Of a stretch of 64,000 nucleotides of DNA, positions 34,683 through 45,262 are shown piece after piece (within the stretch, counting starts at the first letter, position 1; the number at the start of each line of letters is the position of its first letter). Origin of the DNA: Pachysolen tannophilus NRRL Y-2460 (lineage: Eukaryota); contig KV454015.1 of assembly GCA_001661245.1 (NCBI GenBank), positions 413,465 to 477,464 of the forward strand, read 5' to 3'. The notes beneath the pieces were generated by a model. That model searched no databases. It had not been told where the DNA came from and saw only the letters and a program-made list of their open reading frames with translations. A program made the position numbers and the translations under genes.

Positions 34683-37565
34683 CTATGTTATTTTCTCTTT
34701 TAAAGCAGCATTTTCAATTTCCAATTCTCTTAATCTAACCTTTGCATTTTCATTTTCAATAACTCTGGCTTCTCTCTCAGTTTTCCACCTCTTGGATAAC
34801 TCTTCAATCCTAAGTTTTGCCAATGAATCTATATTATCATCAACTTCGTTCGAAGCTGATAACGACTGTGTATTCGATCTACTTCGATTCTCTTTATTCT
34901 CTTCACCATCTGACACGGCAGAAAATACATTATTATTATTATTTGTATCATTCGAATTCAACTTGTCTTGTAAAACATGATTTTCTTGCTTTAAATCAGC
35001 TATTTGTTGTTTTAATTGATTAATATTAGATTCAGTAGTCTTTTGAGTTTCAGAAGTATTGAGCAATAAAGTGACATGTTCTGTAACAATTGTCTCTACA
35101 GCACTGACATAGTAATGGAAAATTGATTCATGTAATTCTTTTACTTGTATTTCGTCAAGACTTTTCTCTTCTCTGTGTAATAATTGATCAATTTTCCCTT
35201 TAGCTTGAGAAATTGAATTTGTATCTAATATTTTTTCAAAAGATTTCAAAAATTTAGACACTATTTTAGAATCAGAATTTAAAAATTCTTCATATTTAGT
35301 ATGCCAATATTCATAGATCTCAGTTGATTCTGAGGATAATTGTTGATTCAAATTTTCTAAGTCTCCAACTTTACTTTTCAAAATATCGATATTGGTTTCT
35401 AAAGTTTTTTTATCCTTTGACATACTTTCCAACCGATGCCTCAATCTGCTTTTTTCAGCGCTTAAAGTTCTTTGTTTTTCAACTGCTAAAGTTAACTCTC
35501 TTTTCAAATTATCAACAATTTTTTCGTGTTCTCTTTGCTTATAAGTGTTATTCAAGTTCGCCGTTGATAACTCTTGCTTTTGTGATCTATTCAATTCTTG
35601 TTCTTCTTGCAAAGTATCTTGTAAATGTTGATTTTTACTTAATAGTTCTTCTAGTTTATCATCATGTGTAGATTGTAACTGGTTCAATTCGTGATTCAAT
35701 CTATTTATTTCCTTTTGATTAGACAAGACTTCAGCAGATAAATTAGCTTTAGCTTCTTCCAATATTTTTATTTTATCTGAAAATTCATTATTTAAAGATT
35801 TTAACTTAAGTTCAGTTTCATCACTCGACAAGGGAATAATGGATTTTTTCTTTAATTGTTCAACTTCACGAGAATGTTCAATCTTTAAGTTATCAAGCTC
35901 ATTTTGCAAGTTGACTACCTCCTTATGACTATTACTATTTATGATATCTCCATTGATATTAATTTTTTTTTCTAAATTTGATATAGTGGATAATAATTTT
36001 TTAATTCTTTCACTCCTATTGTTGCATTGTTTTTTCAATTTTAATAATTCAGAATCCTTATCAATATATGAATTTCTTAAATCATTATACGCATCAGATA
36101 ATTTTGATGAATGACTAATTTCCAGTTCTAGTGATCTTTCAACATTTTCTGTTTGTTCTCTATTTTCAGCTAATTGTTTTTGTAAACTTTTCAATGAAAC
36201 AAGTAATACTTTTACAGTTTCAATTTCATTTTCTTTAACATTATTTTGTCTTAAAGTTTCAATCTGTTTTTTTAAAAAATCTTCATTATTTATAACTTCA
36301 TCAATTTTATGTTGAATAGCAAACAACAAAACTTGTAATTTCTCATCTAATGAGGTATTCTGTCCTCTGATTTTTAATATTGTGTTTTTTTGGTCTTTAT
36401 CAGTTGTCCATTCTGATAAAAGTATTAAAGCATTTTCTATTAAATTTTCCCATGTACTCATATTTTCTAATATTTTCCCCCAATCTTTCTCTTGTAAAGT
36501 CATTTTTTCTTGAAATAATTTGAATTGAGATTTAATTTTATGATAATTTTCTTTTAAAATTATTAAATTATTTTTCAATTGATTTATTTCATTATCTTTT
36601 AAATCACAATTTTTACAAGAAGAAATTGGAGATGAAATCATTAAAGTTTGCATTTCTAATTTTTCCAATAAATCATTTTTACCATTTTTTTTCAAAAAAT
36701 CCATAATCAATTTAATTTGTAATTGATATCCAGTAACTTTTTTCCTTAAAAGTTCAGCTTCATGAGCATTATTTACAGAATTCCCAAGAAGATTATTATT
36801 ATGATTATTATTATTAGATGAAGAAGTTAAAGCAGATAAATCAAAGTTTGGAGGACGACTTGAAATAATATTATTTTGTTTTTGCCTCCATGGTGTATTG
36901 TTATTTTCAATTTTAGGTAATTCTGGTATAGTCTTATCAATATCCAATTCATCATCTTCACTATTTGAATTGTTAAAAGTCATGTCACGAAAAGTTTTGG
37001 GATCATTTTCATCATTGTTATCTATAAAAGATAAGTTTATAAGGCTAGCGCCATTCCCAATATTCCCAATTTTCCCATTATTCCCAAAAATACCACCAAC
37101 ATTAGTACCAACACTAGCTCCTCTACTAGCTCCTCTACTGGTGAATAATCCTGATTTTCTTTTTTCTCTAATTTGATCAAAATATTGTTTCTTTGCAGAC
37201 GATGTAGGTGTTTTATTCAATTGAAAATCATTTATCTTTGAGTTTGAATTCGGTGTTCTCACTGATGGTTCTCTAATTGATCTTGTTGGAGTTCCTAATT
37301 TCTGTTTTTGTTCTTGATTTAAAGCTGCATCATGATGCACTTGTATTTGACTTCTAGAAATCACAGGCGCCTCTATCCTCGAGCTAAAACTATGATTCGG
37401 ATAATCAATAAACTCAGAAGAAAACTCTTCCTCTTCATCTTCTTCATCTTGTGAAGACATTTTCTTATAATTAATTGAACCTGATTTTGATTCACCATTT
37501 ACAACTGACCCCCCACTCAAACCATTATCAATCCCCACCAACGATTCTTGCTCAACCAAATCCAT
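34683..37565 (-). CDS. SPC72: Long coiled-coil protein, probably the SPB gamma-tubulin receptor Spc72
   Basis: CM1-like segment 'LRKKVTGYQLQIKLIMDFL', extensive heptads and an Mto1/Spc72-like C-terminus 'LRIEELSKRWKTEREARVIE…RLRELEIEN'. It lies between GEM1 and BOL3, as YAL047C does in S. cerevisiae. The first ATG is at 37565. Confidence 0.65.
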   Translation of the reverse strand: MDLVEQESLVGIDNGLSGGSVVNGESKSGSINYKKMSSQDEEDEEEEFSSEFIDYPNHSFSSRIEAPVISRSQIQVHHDAALNQEQKQKLGTPTRSIREPSVRTPNSNSKINDFQLNKTPTSSAKKQYFDQIREKRKSGLFTSRGASRGASVGTNVGGIFGNNGKIGNIGNGASLINLSFIDNNDENDPKTFRDMTFNNSNSEDDELDIDKTIPELPKIENNNTPWRQKQNNIISSRPPNFDLSALTSSSNNNNHNNNLLGNSVNNAHEAELLRKKVTGYQLQIKLIMDFLKKNGKNDLLEKLEMQTLMISSPISSCKNCDLKDNEINQLKNNLIILKENYHKIKSQFKLFQEKMTLQEKDWGKILENMSTWENLIENALILLSEWTTDKDQKNTILKIRGQNTSLDEKLQVLLFAIQHKIDEVINNEDFLKKQIETLRQNNVKENEIETVKVLLVSLKSLQKQLAENREQTENVERSLELEISHSSKLSDAYNDLRNSYIDKDSELLKLKKQCNNRSERIKKLLSTISNLEKKININGDIINSNSHKEVVNLQNELDNLKIEHSREVEQLKKKSIIPLSSDETELKLKSLNNEFSDKIKILEEAKANLSAEVLSNQKEINRLNHELNQLQSTHDDKLEELLSKNQHLQDTLQEEQELNRSQKQELSTANLNNTYKQREHEKIVDNLKRELTLAVEKQRTLSAEKSRLRHRLESMSKDKKTLETNIDILKSKVGDLENLNQQLSSESTEIYEYWHTKYEEFLNSDSKIVSKFLKSFEKILDTNSISQAKGKIDQLLHREEKSLDEIQVKELHESIFHYYVSAVETIVTEHVTLLLNTSETQKTTESNINQLKQQIADLKQENHVLQDKLNSNDTNNNNNVFSAVSDGEENKENRSRSNTQSLSASNEVDDNIDSLAKLRIEELSKRWKTEREARVIENENAKVRLRELEIENAALKEKIT

Positions 37566-38081
37566 CTCTCCACAAAAAATTAAAAAATATACTAGCAACT
37601 TATAACAGTTCTACGCTATCACACAGCAAGCGCCCATTGAATTAAAACTCATAAAGATATTTTTGTCTTGTCTTTTCTTGTCTTGTTTTGTTTTGTTTTG
37701 TTTTAGGATTTTTATTTTTTTCTTAAAAATTGAATGTAAACAAAAAAAAAAAACACTGCGCGCATATTTGATTATATGCGGACGCACTTAAAGCGCTATA
37801 AATTCACCCAAAAGCGTATCGCATTTAGTAACGCTTTTTTATTCGCTCTTTTTCTTTATCTGGTGCACCAAATATATATATATATATCTATATATAATTT
37901 TTTTTTCACCATTTTATTTCTTTAAAATCAGTTAATGATTTGTACTATAGACCATTTCCTAGTTTCTTATTAGACTGATTTTCGGCATGGAAATATGACT
38001 TTCTAAACAGTTATAATACCTTCTTTTTGTTTTGTTTTTTTGTCTCGTTGTAAATATCGATTCTCTGTATACTTTTTATTT

Positions 38082-38089
38082 TTACCCGG
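38082..38089. promoter_or_regulatory. Reb1-type site (TTACCCGG) upstream of PRT1
   Basis: Exact consensus ~200 bp upstream of the ATG. Confidence 0.55.
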
Positions 38090-38289
38090 CTGTTGTTTTG
38101 GTTTTCTTCACCGCGAAGAGCGCCCAAAAAAAAATTTTTTTCAGCGGTTTGAATGAAAAATTGGTTTTTTTTTTAAAAAAAAAAAAAGAGAAAATTGGAT
38201 TTGTATAGATTGAAATAATAAAGAAGTTAGTGGTGTCTTTATAAGTGAAACTGAAAAAGTATTAGTAGGCACGAATATATTGAAGAGAT

Positions 38290-40530
38290 ATGCCAGTTGA
38301 AGAAGAACAAGAGATTCGTATTGATGAATCGGCTATACCGATTGATGATATTGATTTTTCTGATTTAGAGGCCAAATATGCTATACCTGAAGATGATTCT
38401 TTAAGTCATTTTATTATTGTTGATGGTGCACCAATTGCTCCGGAATCAAAAGTTGCTGTTTTAAAGAAAGTATTGACAAAAGTTTTTTCTCTGGCTGGTA
38501 AAGTTACTGATATGTATATGCCAGTTGAAAATGGACAAACAAAAGGTTTTGTATTTGTTGAATTTGAAGATATTTCATCTGTTGATATTGCTTGTAAGAA
38601 ATTAAATAATAAAAAATTAGATGTTAAACATACTTTATTTGTTAATAAACTTTCTGATGTTGAAAAATATGGTGTTAAAGGACATGTTTCAGATGAATTT
38701 GTTGAACCAAAAATTGAACCATATCATGAAAGTCCATATTTAAAAAGTTGGTTACAAGATTATAATGGAAGAGATCAATTTGTATTACAAAAAGGTGATG
38801 AAGTTGGTGTATATTGGTCCAAAAATAAAAATGATCCAGAACCTGCTGTTGAACCAAGACAAAATTGGACTCAAGCTTTTGTTAGATTTTCTCCAAAAGG
38901 TTCATATTTATTTTCAATGCATGAACAAGGTATTCAAGCATGGGGAGGACCAGAATTTTCAAGATTAAAAAGATTTTTCCATCCAAATGCAAGATTAATA
39001 GATTTTTCACCATGTGAAAACTATTTGGTTTCACTTTCTCCAACTCCAATTGAAGTTCCAGCTGAAGATCATCCAGCTAGACTGTCTTTTCCATTTGGTC
39101 CAGAAAGTGAAGGTCATAAATTAATTATATGGGATATTAAATCAGGTTTACCAACTAGAACTTTTGCATTACCTCCAAATTTGGAAAATGAAAAAAAAAT
39201 GGTTTGGCCTTTAGTTAAATGGTCTTATGATGATAAATATTGTGCTAGAATGGGTCCAGATGCTTTAGCAGTTTATGAAACTTCTGATTTCCAACTTTTA
39301 GATAAAAAATTGATTAAAATTGAAGGAATTGTAGATTTTGAATGGGCACCAGCAGGTGTTAAATTGGCTGCATCTAAAAATAAAGATGCTGATCAACATG
39401 TTTTAACATATTGGACTCCAGAACAAGTTAATCAAACAGCAAGAGTTGCATTGATGCAAATTCCATCTAGAGAAGTTATTAGAACTGTTAATTTATTTCA
39501 AGTTTCTGATTGTAAATTACATTGGCAAGATGAAGCAAGATTTTTATGTGTTAAAGTTGATAGACATACAAAATCTAAAAAAACAATTTTTACAAGTTTA
39601 GAATTTTTCCATCTTTTTGAAAAAGATATTCCTGTTGAAAAATTAGAATTAAAAGATAGTGTTATAAATTTTTCTTGGGAACCAAAAGGTGAAAGATTTG
39701 TTACAATTAGTATCTTGGATGTTGGTGGTAATGTTAATCCTGCAATTGCAAGAAATACATTAACATTTTTTGGTCCAGAAGAAGAAAAAATTAAAAATAA
39801 AACAAAATTAAATATTAAAAAATGGACTGCATTTGCTTCATTTGAGAAAAAACATTCAAATACAATTGAATTTTCACCAAAGGGAAGATTTGTTGCTGTA
39901 GCTACTATTATAGGAAATAATCATGGTGAAATTGAATTTTATGATTTGGATTATGATGGAACTAATAAGGAATCTTCAACAGTTAATAATACTGGTAGTG
40001 GTAATAATAGTGTTAATAATAGTAATGTTAAAATCTCTGCAAACTTGAAACAAATTGGTTTCCAAGAATATTTTGCTTTAACAGATATAGCATGGGATCC
40101 ATCGGGACGTTACTTGGCCGCATGGTCTTCATCATGGCGTCATAAGATTGAAAATGGTTATAGACTTTATGACTTTGCTGGACACTTATTAAGAGAAGAA
40201 GTAATTGATCAATTCAAAACATTCTATTGGAGACCAAGACCACAAAGTTTATTAAGTTCAAATGACCGTAAGAAAGTTAGAAAGAATTTAAGAGAATACT
40301 CTGCACAATTCGAAGAAGCTGATGCAATGGAAGCTGATGTTGCCACAAGAGAATTAATCTTGAAAAGAAGAAAACTCTTTGAAGATTGGAACAGCTGGAG
40401 ATCGGAAATCGAAAAAATACAAAAAGACTTGGGACTCACCCAAGAAGAGGAAACTGAAGATGTCAACGAAGAAGTTGTTGAAGAGATTAGAGAAGAAGTC
40501 TTGGAAGAAAAAGAAGAAGTTGTTGAGTAA
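38290..40530 (+). CDS. PRT1: Translation initiation factor eIF3 subunit b
   Basis: Motif '[10 protein letters not shown]', RRM with 'TKGFVFVEF', beta-propeller, 'WDPSGRY' and '[10 protein letters not shown]…[11 protein letters not shown]'. Confidence 0.96.
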   Translation: MPVEEEQEIRIDESAIPIDDIDFSDLEAKYAIPEDDSLSHFIIVDGAPIAPESKVAVLKKVLTKVFSLAGKVTDMYMPVENGQTKGFVFVEFEDISSVDIACKKLNNKKLDVKHTLFVNKLSDVEKYGVKGHVSDEFVEPKIEPYHESPYLKSWLQDYNGRDQFVLQKGDEVGVYWSKNKNDPEPAVEPRQNWTQAFVRFSPKGSYLFSMHEQGIQAWGGPEFSRLKRFFHPNARLIDFSPCENYLVSLSPTPIEVPAEDHPARLSFPFGPESEGHKLIIWDIKSGLPTRTFALPPNLENEKKMVWPLVKWSYDDKYCARMGPDALAVYETSDFQLLDKKLIKIEGIVDFEWAPAGVKLAASKNKDADQHVLTYWTPEQVNQTARVALMQIPSREVIRTVNLFQVSDCKLHWQDEARFLCVKVDRHTKSKKTIFTSLEFFHLFEKDIPVEKLELKDSVINFSWEPKGERFVTISILDVGGNVNPAIARNTLTFFGPEEEKIKNKTKLNIKKWTAFASFEKKHSNTIEFSPKGRFVAVATIIGNNHGEIEFYDLDYDGTNKESSTVNNTGSGNNSVNNSNVKISANLKQIGFQEYFALTDIAWDPSGRYLAAWSSSWRHKIENGYRLYDFAGHLLREEVIDQFKTFYWRPRPQSLLSSNDRKKVRKNLREYSAQFEEADAMEADVATRELILKRRKLFEDWNSWRSEIEKIQKDLGLTQEEETEDVNEEVVEEIREEVLEEKEEVVE

Positions 40531-40972
40531 ATTATATCTTCAAATTTCTTTTTCTTTTTTTTTCTATTTTCTATTTTTTTTTTTAAAAACTAATATATAT
40601 ATATATATATACAAAATAAACAAAAGTAAAATAAAGTAAAACCCCATGATTAAAACCCGCTCTTATATAAATCAGAAATACAATTCATATTTCATATCTT
40701 ACTAGCCAATTGGTCAAGTAAACTTGATTCCTTTCTACCTTCACCTTTTTACTACTACTACTACTACTACTAAACCCTGACACAGCCCTGGTTTTGCTTT
40801 GCTTTTCAGTGGAAAAAAAAAAAAAAATTTTTTTTTCTTGGTGATTAATAATAAATCGCCCTAGAAAATGATCATTTTTATCATCGACGGGAAAGTTCAA
40901 TGAATAAAACTTGATTTGTTCTTTTTTTTAATATCTATCAGCGGGAAGCATAAGTGAGTTGTTGAGAGTGTA

Positions 40973-41449
40973 ATGTTTGTGTCAAGAGTAACAGCAAGTA
41001 TAGCTATGAGGGTGGGAGCAGGATCGAGGATTGGTGTGAATGGAGTTGGTACAAAAATGCAGAAATCCTTTTTTTCACTTTTGTCATTGAAATCAATGAC
41101 ATTAGTAGCTAATAGTTTTATTTCTTCTTCTAATGTTTTAAAATTATCAACAAGAAGTTTACCATTAGGTGTGTTTCGGTTTCAATCAAATTTGGCCTCG
41201 GAAAGAGGAGATATGAATGATTACGAATTTAAGATTTTTAGTCTTTTAAAAGAAAAATTGAATCCAAAACTTTTAATGGTTAAAGATATAAGTGGCGGGT
41301 GTGGATCCATGTTTGCAATTCAAATCGAAAGCCACGATTTTAAAGGATTAACGATGATAAAACAACATAGGCTAGTTAATGATATCTTGAAAGATGAAAT
41401 AAGCCAATGGCATGGGTTACAATTAAAGACTAAACTGATTCAAGACTGA
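40973..41449 (+). CDS. BOL3: Mitochondrial BolA-family protein Bol3 (Aim1)
   Basis: Basic, Ser-rich presequence followed by '[14 protein letters not shown]…[22 protein letters not shown]'. Confidence 0.9.
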   Translation: MFVSRVTASIAMRVGAGSRIGVNGVGTKMQKSFFSLLSLKSMTLVANSFISSSNVLKLSTRSLPLGVFRFQSNLASERGDMNDYEFKIFSLLKEKLNPKLLMVKDISGGCGSMFAIQIESHDFKGLTMIKQHRLVNDILKDEISQWHGLQLKTKLIQD

Positions 41450-42619
41450 ATTTATACAGTCTAAATACACTGTGGGAAGCTCTATTGTGGGAAACTCTAT
41501 GACCTCACTACTAATTATTTTTGTATATATTTATTTATCGCTTTAGCTTCAACTCCAGTTTGAACCATCATATCACCATTCTGTTTTTTCTTTCTCTTCT
41601 CTTCCCTTCCAATTCACATTCCCTTCCCTTCCTTCCCACTATAATATAGGTAAAATGCTGGTGACACTGATGACACAAACACGCGAATAGTGCCACGCAT
41701 AGTGTCATTTTAGATGACACCATTTGTGTGACACATTTGGGATGACACGTCGTTTTTATATTGTAATTTTTTTTNNNNNNNNNNNNNNNNNNNNNNNNNN
41801 NNNNNNNNNNNNNNNNNNNNNNNNNNNNNNNNNNNNNNNNNNNNNNNNNNNNNNNNNNNNNNNNNNNNNNNNNNNNNNNNNNNNNNNNNNNNNNNNNNNN
41901 NNNNNNNNNNNNNNNNNNNNNNNNNNNNNNNNNNNNNNNNNNNNNNNNNNNNNNNNNNNNNNNNNNNNNNNNNNNNNNNNNNNNNNNNNNNNNNNNNNNN
42001 NNNNNNNNNNNNNNNNNNNNNNNNNNNNNNNNNNNNNNNNNNNNNNNNNNNNNNNNNNNNNNNNNNNNNNNNNNNNNNNNNNNNNNNNNNNNNNNNNNNN
42101 NNNNNNNNNNNNNNNNNNNNNNNNNNNNNNNNNNNNNNNNNNNNNNNNNNNNNNNNNNNNNNNNNNNNNNNNNNNNNNNNNNNNNNNNNNNNNNNNNNNN
42201 NNNNNNNNNNNNNNNNNNNNNNNNNNNNNNNNNNNNNNNNNNNNNNNNNNNNNNNNNTGGGTTACAATTAAAGACTAAACTGATTCAAGACTGAATTTAT
42301 ACAGTCTAAATACACTGTGGGAAGCTCTATTGTGGGAAACTCTATGACCTCACTACTAATTATTTTTGTATATATTTATTTATCGCTTTAGCTTCAACTC
42401 CAGTTTGAACCATCATATCACCATTCTGTTTTTTCTTTCTCTTCTCTTCCCTTCCAATTCACATTCCCTTCCCTTCCTTCCCACTATAATATAGGTAAAA
42501 TGCTGGTGACACTGATGACACAAACACGCGAATAGTGCCACGCATAGTGTCATTTTAGATGACACCATTTGTGTGACACATTTGGGATGACACGTCGTTT
42601 TTATATTGTAATTTTTTTT
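41413..42619. repeat. ~360-bp direct duplication (41413-41774 and 42258-~42619) flanking an N gap (41775-42257)
   Basis: By eye the two copies are identical from TGGGTTACAATTAAAG to the poly-T. Each copy abuts the gap. Confidence 0.95.
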
Positions 42620-42986
42620 TTTNTTTTTTTCTTTGTTTTGTTTTGAAGAACCACAAAAGTGTAAACAAAACCCATAAATCATATTCCCAAACGTTTATCT
42701 ATATAATTAATTAAGAAAGCTAGAAAGGACATTATATTGACTGATGTTTCAGCAATCAACTGGAAGGGTGCTAGATATAAATTAGATATCATAAATAACT
42801 TAAATATTTGCATTTCTTGCAGGCTACAAATAATATTTAATAATAATAAAAAAACATAAAAAATTGCAAAAAAAAAACAAAATATATATATTTATTGACA
42901 ATTTTCATTTGATTTAGCTATAGCTTTCACTTTATTTGTTGTTTTTTTTTTCATATATTAGCTATAGCCTTTGATTATCTTGCGAT

Positions 42987-44957
42987 ATGATGACATCAAA
43001 GATAGCTGCAATATTGAATGAACAAGATATGTTGTCATCACCCACGAGGTTGTCGCAAAATCAAGATGATACGGAATCTTATTTGTATTTATCTTCAAGA
43101 GAACCAACAATGACCAATTTTTCTTCAAATTCAATAACTGAGACATCGCTTGAAAAAATTAGTAATTTGCTTGAAAATGCTAGGAAATTAGGGAATCAAA
43201 AGAATTTACAAGGTTTAAATAATCTGGAAAATTTGCCAAAAAATGGGTCTTCTTTTAATTTTAAAAAAAATAATAATAATATTAATATTATTAACAGTAG
43301 TAGTGGTGGTGGTAGTGGTGATGATACACCAAGTGTTAAGAAAAAATTATATGAAAGGGAAAGATTTAATTTTAAACCCTCGTTACTTTTACAAAAACAT
43401 TTTAAATCATCACCATTATCTCAATCAACACCTATAATATCAGATACTGTGGATGTATTGAATAATAAGAATAATGATTCCTCACAAGAAATTAAAAGCA
43501 AAACACCACCATTGGACAATATTGAAGAAGAATTTAAATCTTGCGATAATTCAAAAATGAAAGAAGTTTTCGAAAAAGCTAAAGAAACAGCAAATGGAAT
43601 TACAAAGACTAACATTGTTTCTGATGTAGAAGAAAATTCAATATCATCTGATAATGCAGTTAAAAGATTTTTAAAAGATTTTGCATTATTAAATGATGAA
43701 GAACGTGAAAAAGTTCAAAAAAATATATTTTCTCTTTTAGGAACGGAAATAAAACAAAATCACAAACAATCACAATCACAATCACAATCACAGTCACAGT
43801 CACAGTCTGCTAAGATAGTTCAAAATAGTAAAGCAGCTGCTGACCTTACGGGGTATCTTTCTCCAGAAACAACACCACCAACTTCTAATGATCAAGAAAG
43901 GGGAGGGAAACTTGATATAGAACAAAGTAAAACACATATATCCCGTAATGAAGATGATGAACTTGATAAATTGAAAACTTTTATTGTAACTGTAAATGGT
44001 GGTTCAGATATTTTAAAGCAATTTTATGATAATCAAGAAAAAGCAAATGGAAAATCTAAGGTCCAGCAACATCAACAACAACATCAGAATCAAAAGTTTT
44101 CACTGCCACTGCCACTGCCACTGCAACTGTCCCTTCTGATATCAGCAGATGATATCTCTAATACATCTACACCGAAACAGTCGTTTAACCCAGGAATAAA
44201 TTCATTTGTGACTCCCTCTAAAAACAAGATAAGACTTGAATCATCTTCTTCAATATTCGAAAATGACGAGAAACCCAATGAAATAAAAGACACTGAAATT
44301 TTAAAAGAAGCTCTCAGGAGAGCTGAAATTGAACTTGAAGAAAAAAATTTATATATTAATAGTTTGGAAGAACAAATTCAAGATTTGAGTTTGAAATTAG
44401 AAGAGAATGGTCATTTAAGGCAACAATTATTTGAAAAAGATAGAAAATACGCACATTTTGAAGAAGAAGTAAAATCAACTGAGCAGAATTTGAAGCTGAA
44501 GTTAGAAAGTTTAAATAACTTTATTAATTTGACAATTGGAGGTGATTCTCTGGCTATTGATGCAGACTTTTTGCAGTCAAATGGATTCGGAAAAATATAT
44601 TTTGAGTTACAAATGGATGAAATTGATAAATTGACATTAGTTGAGTTACAGAACAAGTTGAAAGAATTATTATTGGTATTATTCATACCGTATGATAGAC
44701 TTTCAATAGCATTGAATAATATAACTAGATTTTTCAGAAATGATTATATAAGATTAATAAGTTTTATCAAAAGATTACATGATATAATTTATAGAAACAA
44801 TGGTTCAGGCGTGAAATTACCCAATGTTTACAAATTTAGTTGTTTTGATGGTGAATTTGATTCTGATAATGATTATTTACAAGACGAAGTGCTGAATTTT
44901 CAAAATTGTCTAGATGAGATGTTAAAGAATGTTAGGCATTTAAAAGATGCTACTTGA
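42987..44957 (+). CDS. Uncharacterised protein with low-complexity N-terminal half, coiled coil and helical C-terminal domain
   Basis: 656-codon ORF with heptads 'ILKEALRRAEIELEEKNLYINSLEEQIQDLSLKLEE'. I recognise no family. Confidence 0.8.
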   Translation: MMTSKIAAILNEQDMLSSPTRLSQNQDDTESYLYLSSREPTMTNFSSNSITETSLEKISNLLENARKLGNQKNLQGLNNLENLPKNGSSFNFKKNNNNINIINSSSGGGSGDDTPSVKKKLYERERFNFKPSLLLQKHFKSSPLSQSTPIISDTVDVLNNKNNDSSQEIKSKTPPLDNIEEEFKSCDNSKMKEVFEKAKETANGITKTNIVSDVEENSISSDNAVKRFLKDFALLNDEEREKVQKNIFSLLGTEIKQNHKQSQSQSQSQSQSQSAKIVQNSKAAADLTGYLSPETTPPTSNDQERGGKLDIEQSKTHISRNEDDELDKLKTFIVTVNGGSDILKQFYDNQEKANGKSKVQQHQQQHQNQKFSLPLPLPLQLSLLISADDISNTSTPKQSFNPGINSFVTPSKNKIRLESSSSIFENDEKPNEIKDTEILKEALRRAEIELEEKNLYINSLEEQIQDLSLKLEENGHLRQQLFEKDRKYAHFEEEVKSTEQNLKLKLESLNNFINLTIGGDSLAIDADFLQSNGFGKIYFELQMDEIDKLTLVELQNKLKELLLVLFIPYDRLSIALNNITRFFRNDYIRLISFIKRLHDIIYRNNGSGVKLPNVYKFSCFDGEFDSDNDYLQDEVLNFQNCLDEMLKNVRHLKDAT

Positions 44958-45262
44958 AAAAAAAGAAAAAAGAAAACAGATAGTTTATCAGGCCCTTGCT
45001 GAATTATTTATTCATATTTACTTATTAATGACATTACCACTTTTTCTTCATATACTATTTATCTTGAGTTAATTCTAAATTTTTTTGCTGTAATTATACA
45101 ATTTTTATTACTAATTCTAAAAAAAAAAAGAAAAAAAAAACAAACAAAAACGCAATTATATATAAAGCTAGTAAATAAAACGATTAAAGGTTTAATATCA
45201 GTAAAATGTAAAAATTGGGTAGGTAAAAAGGGAAAAATGTAAAGGCTATCTATTAGTTTAAC

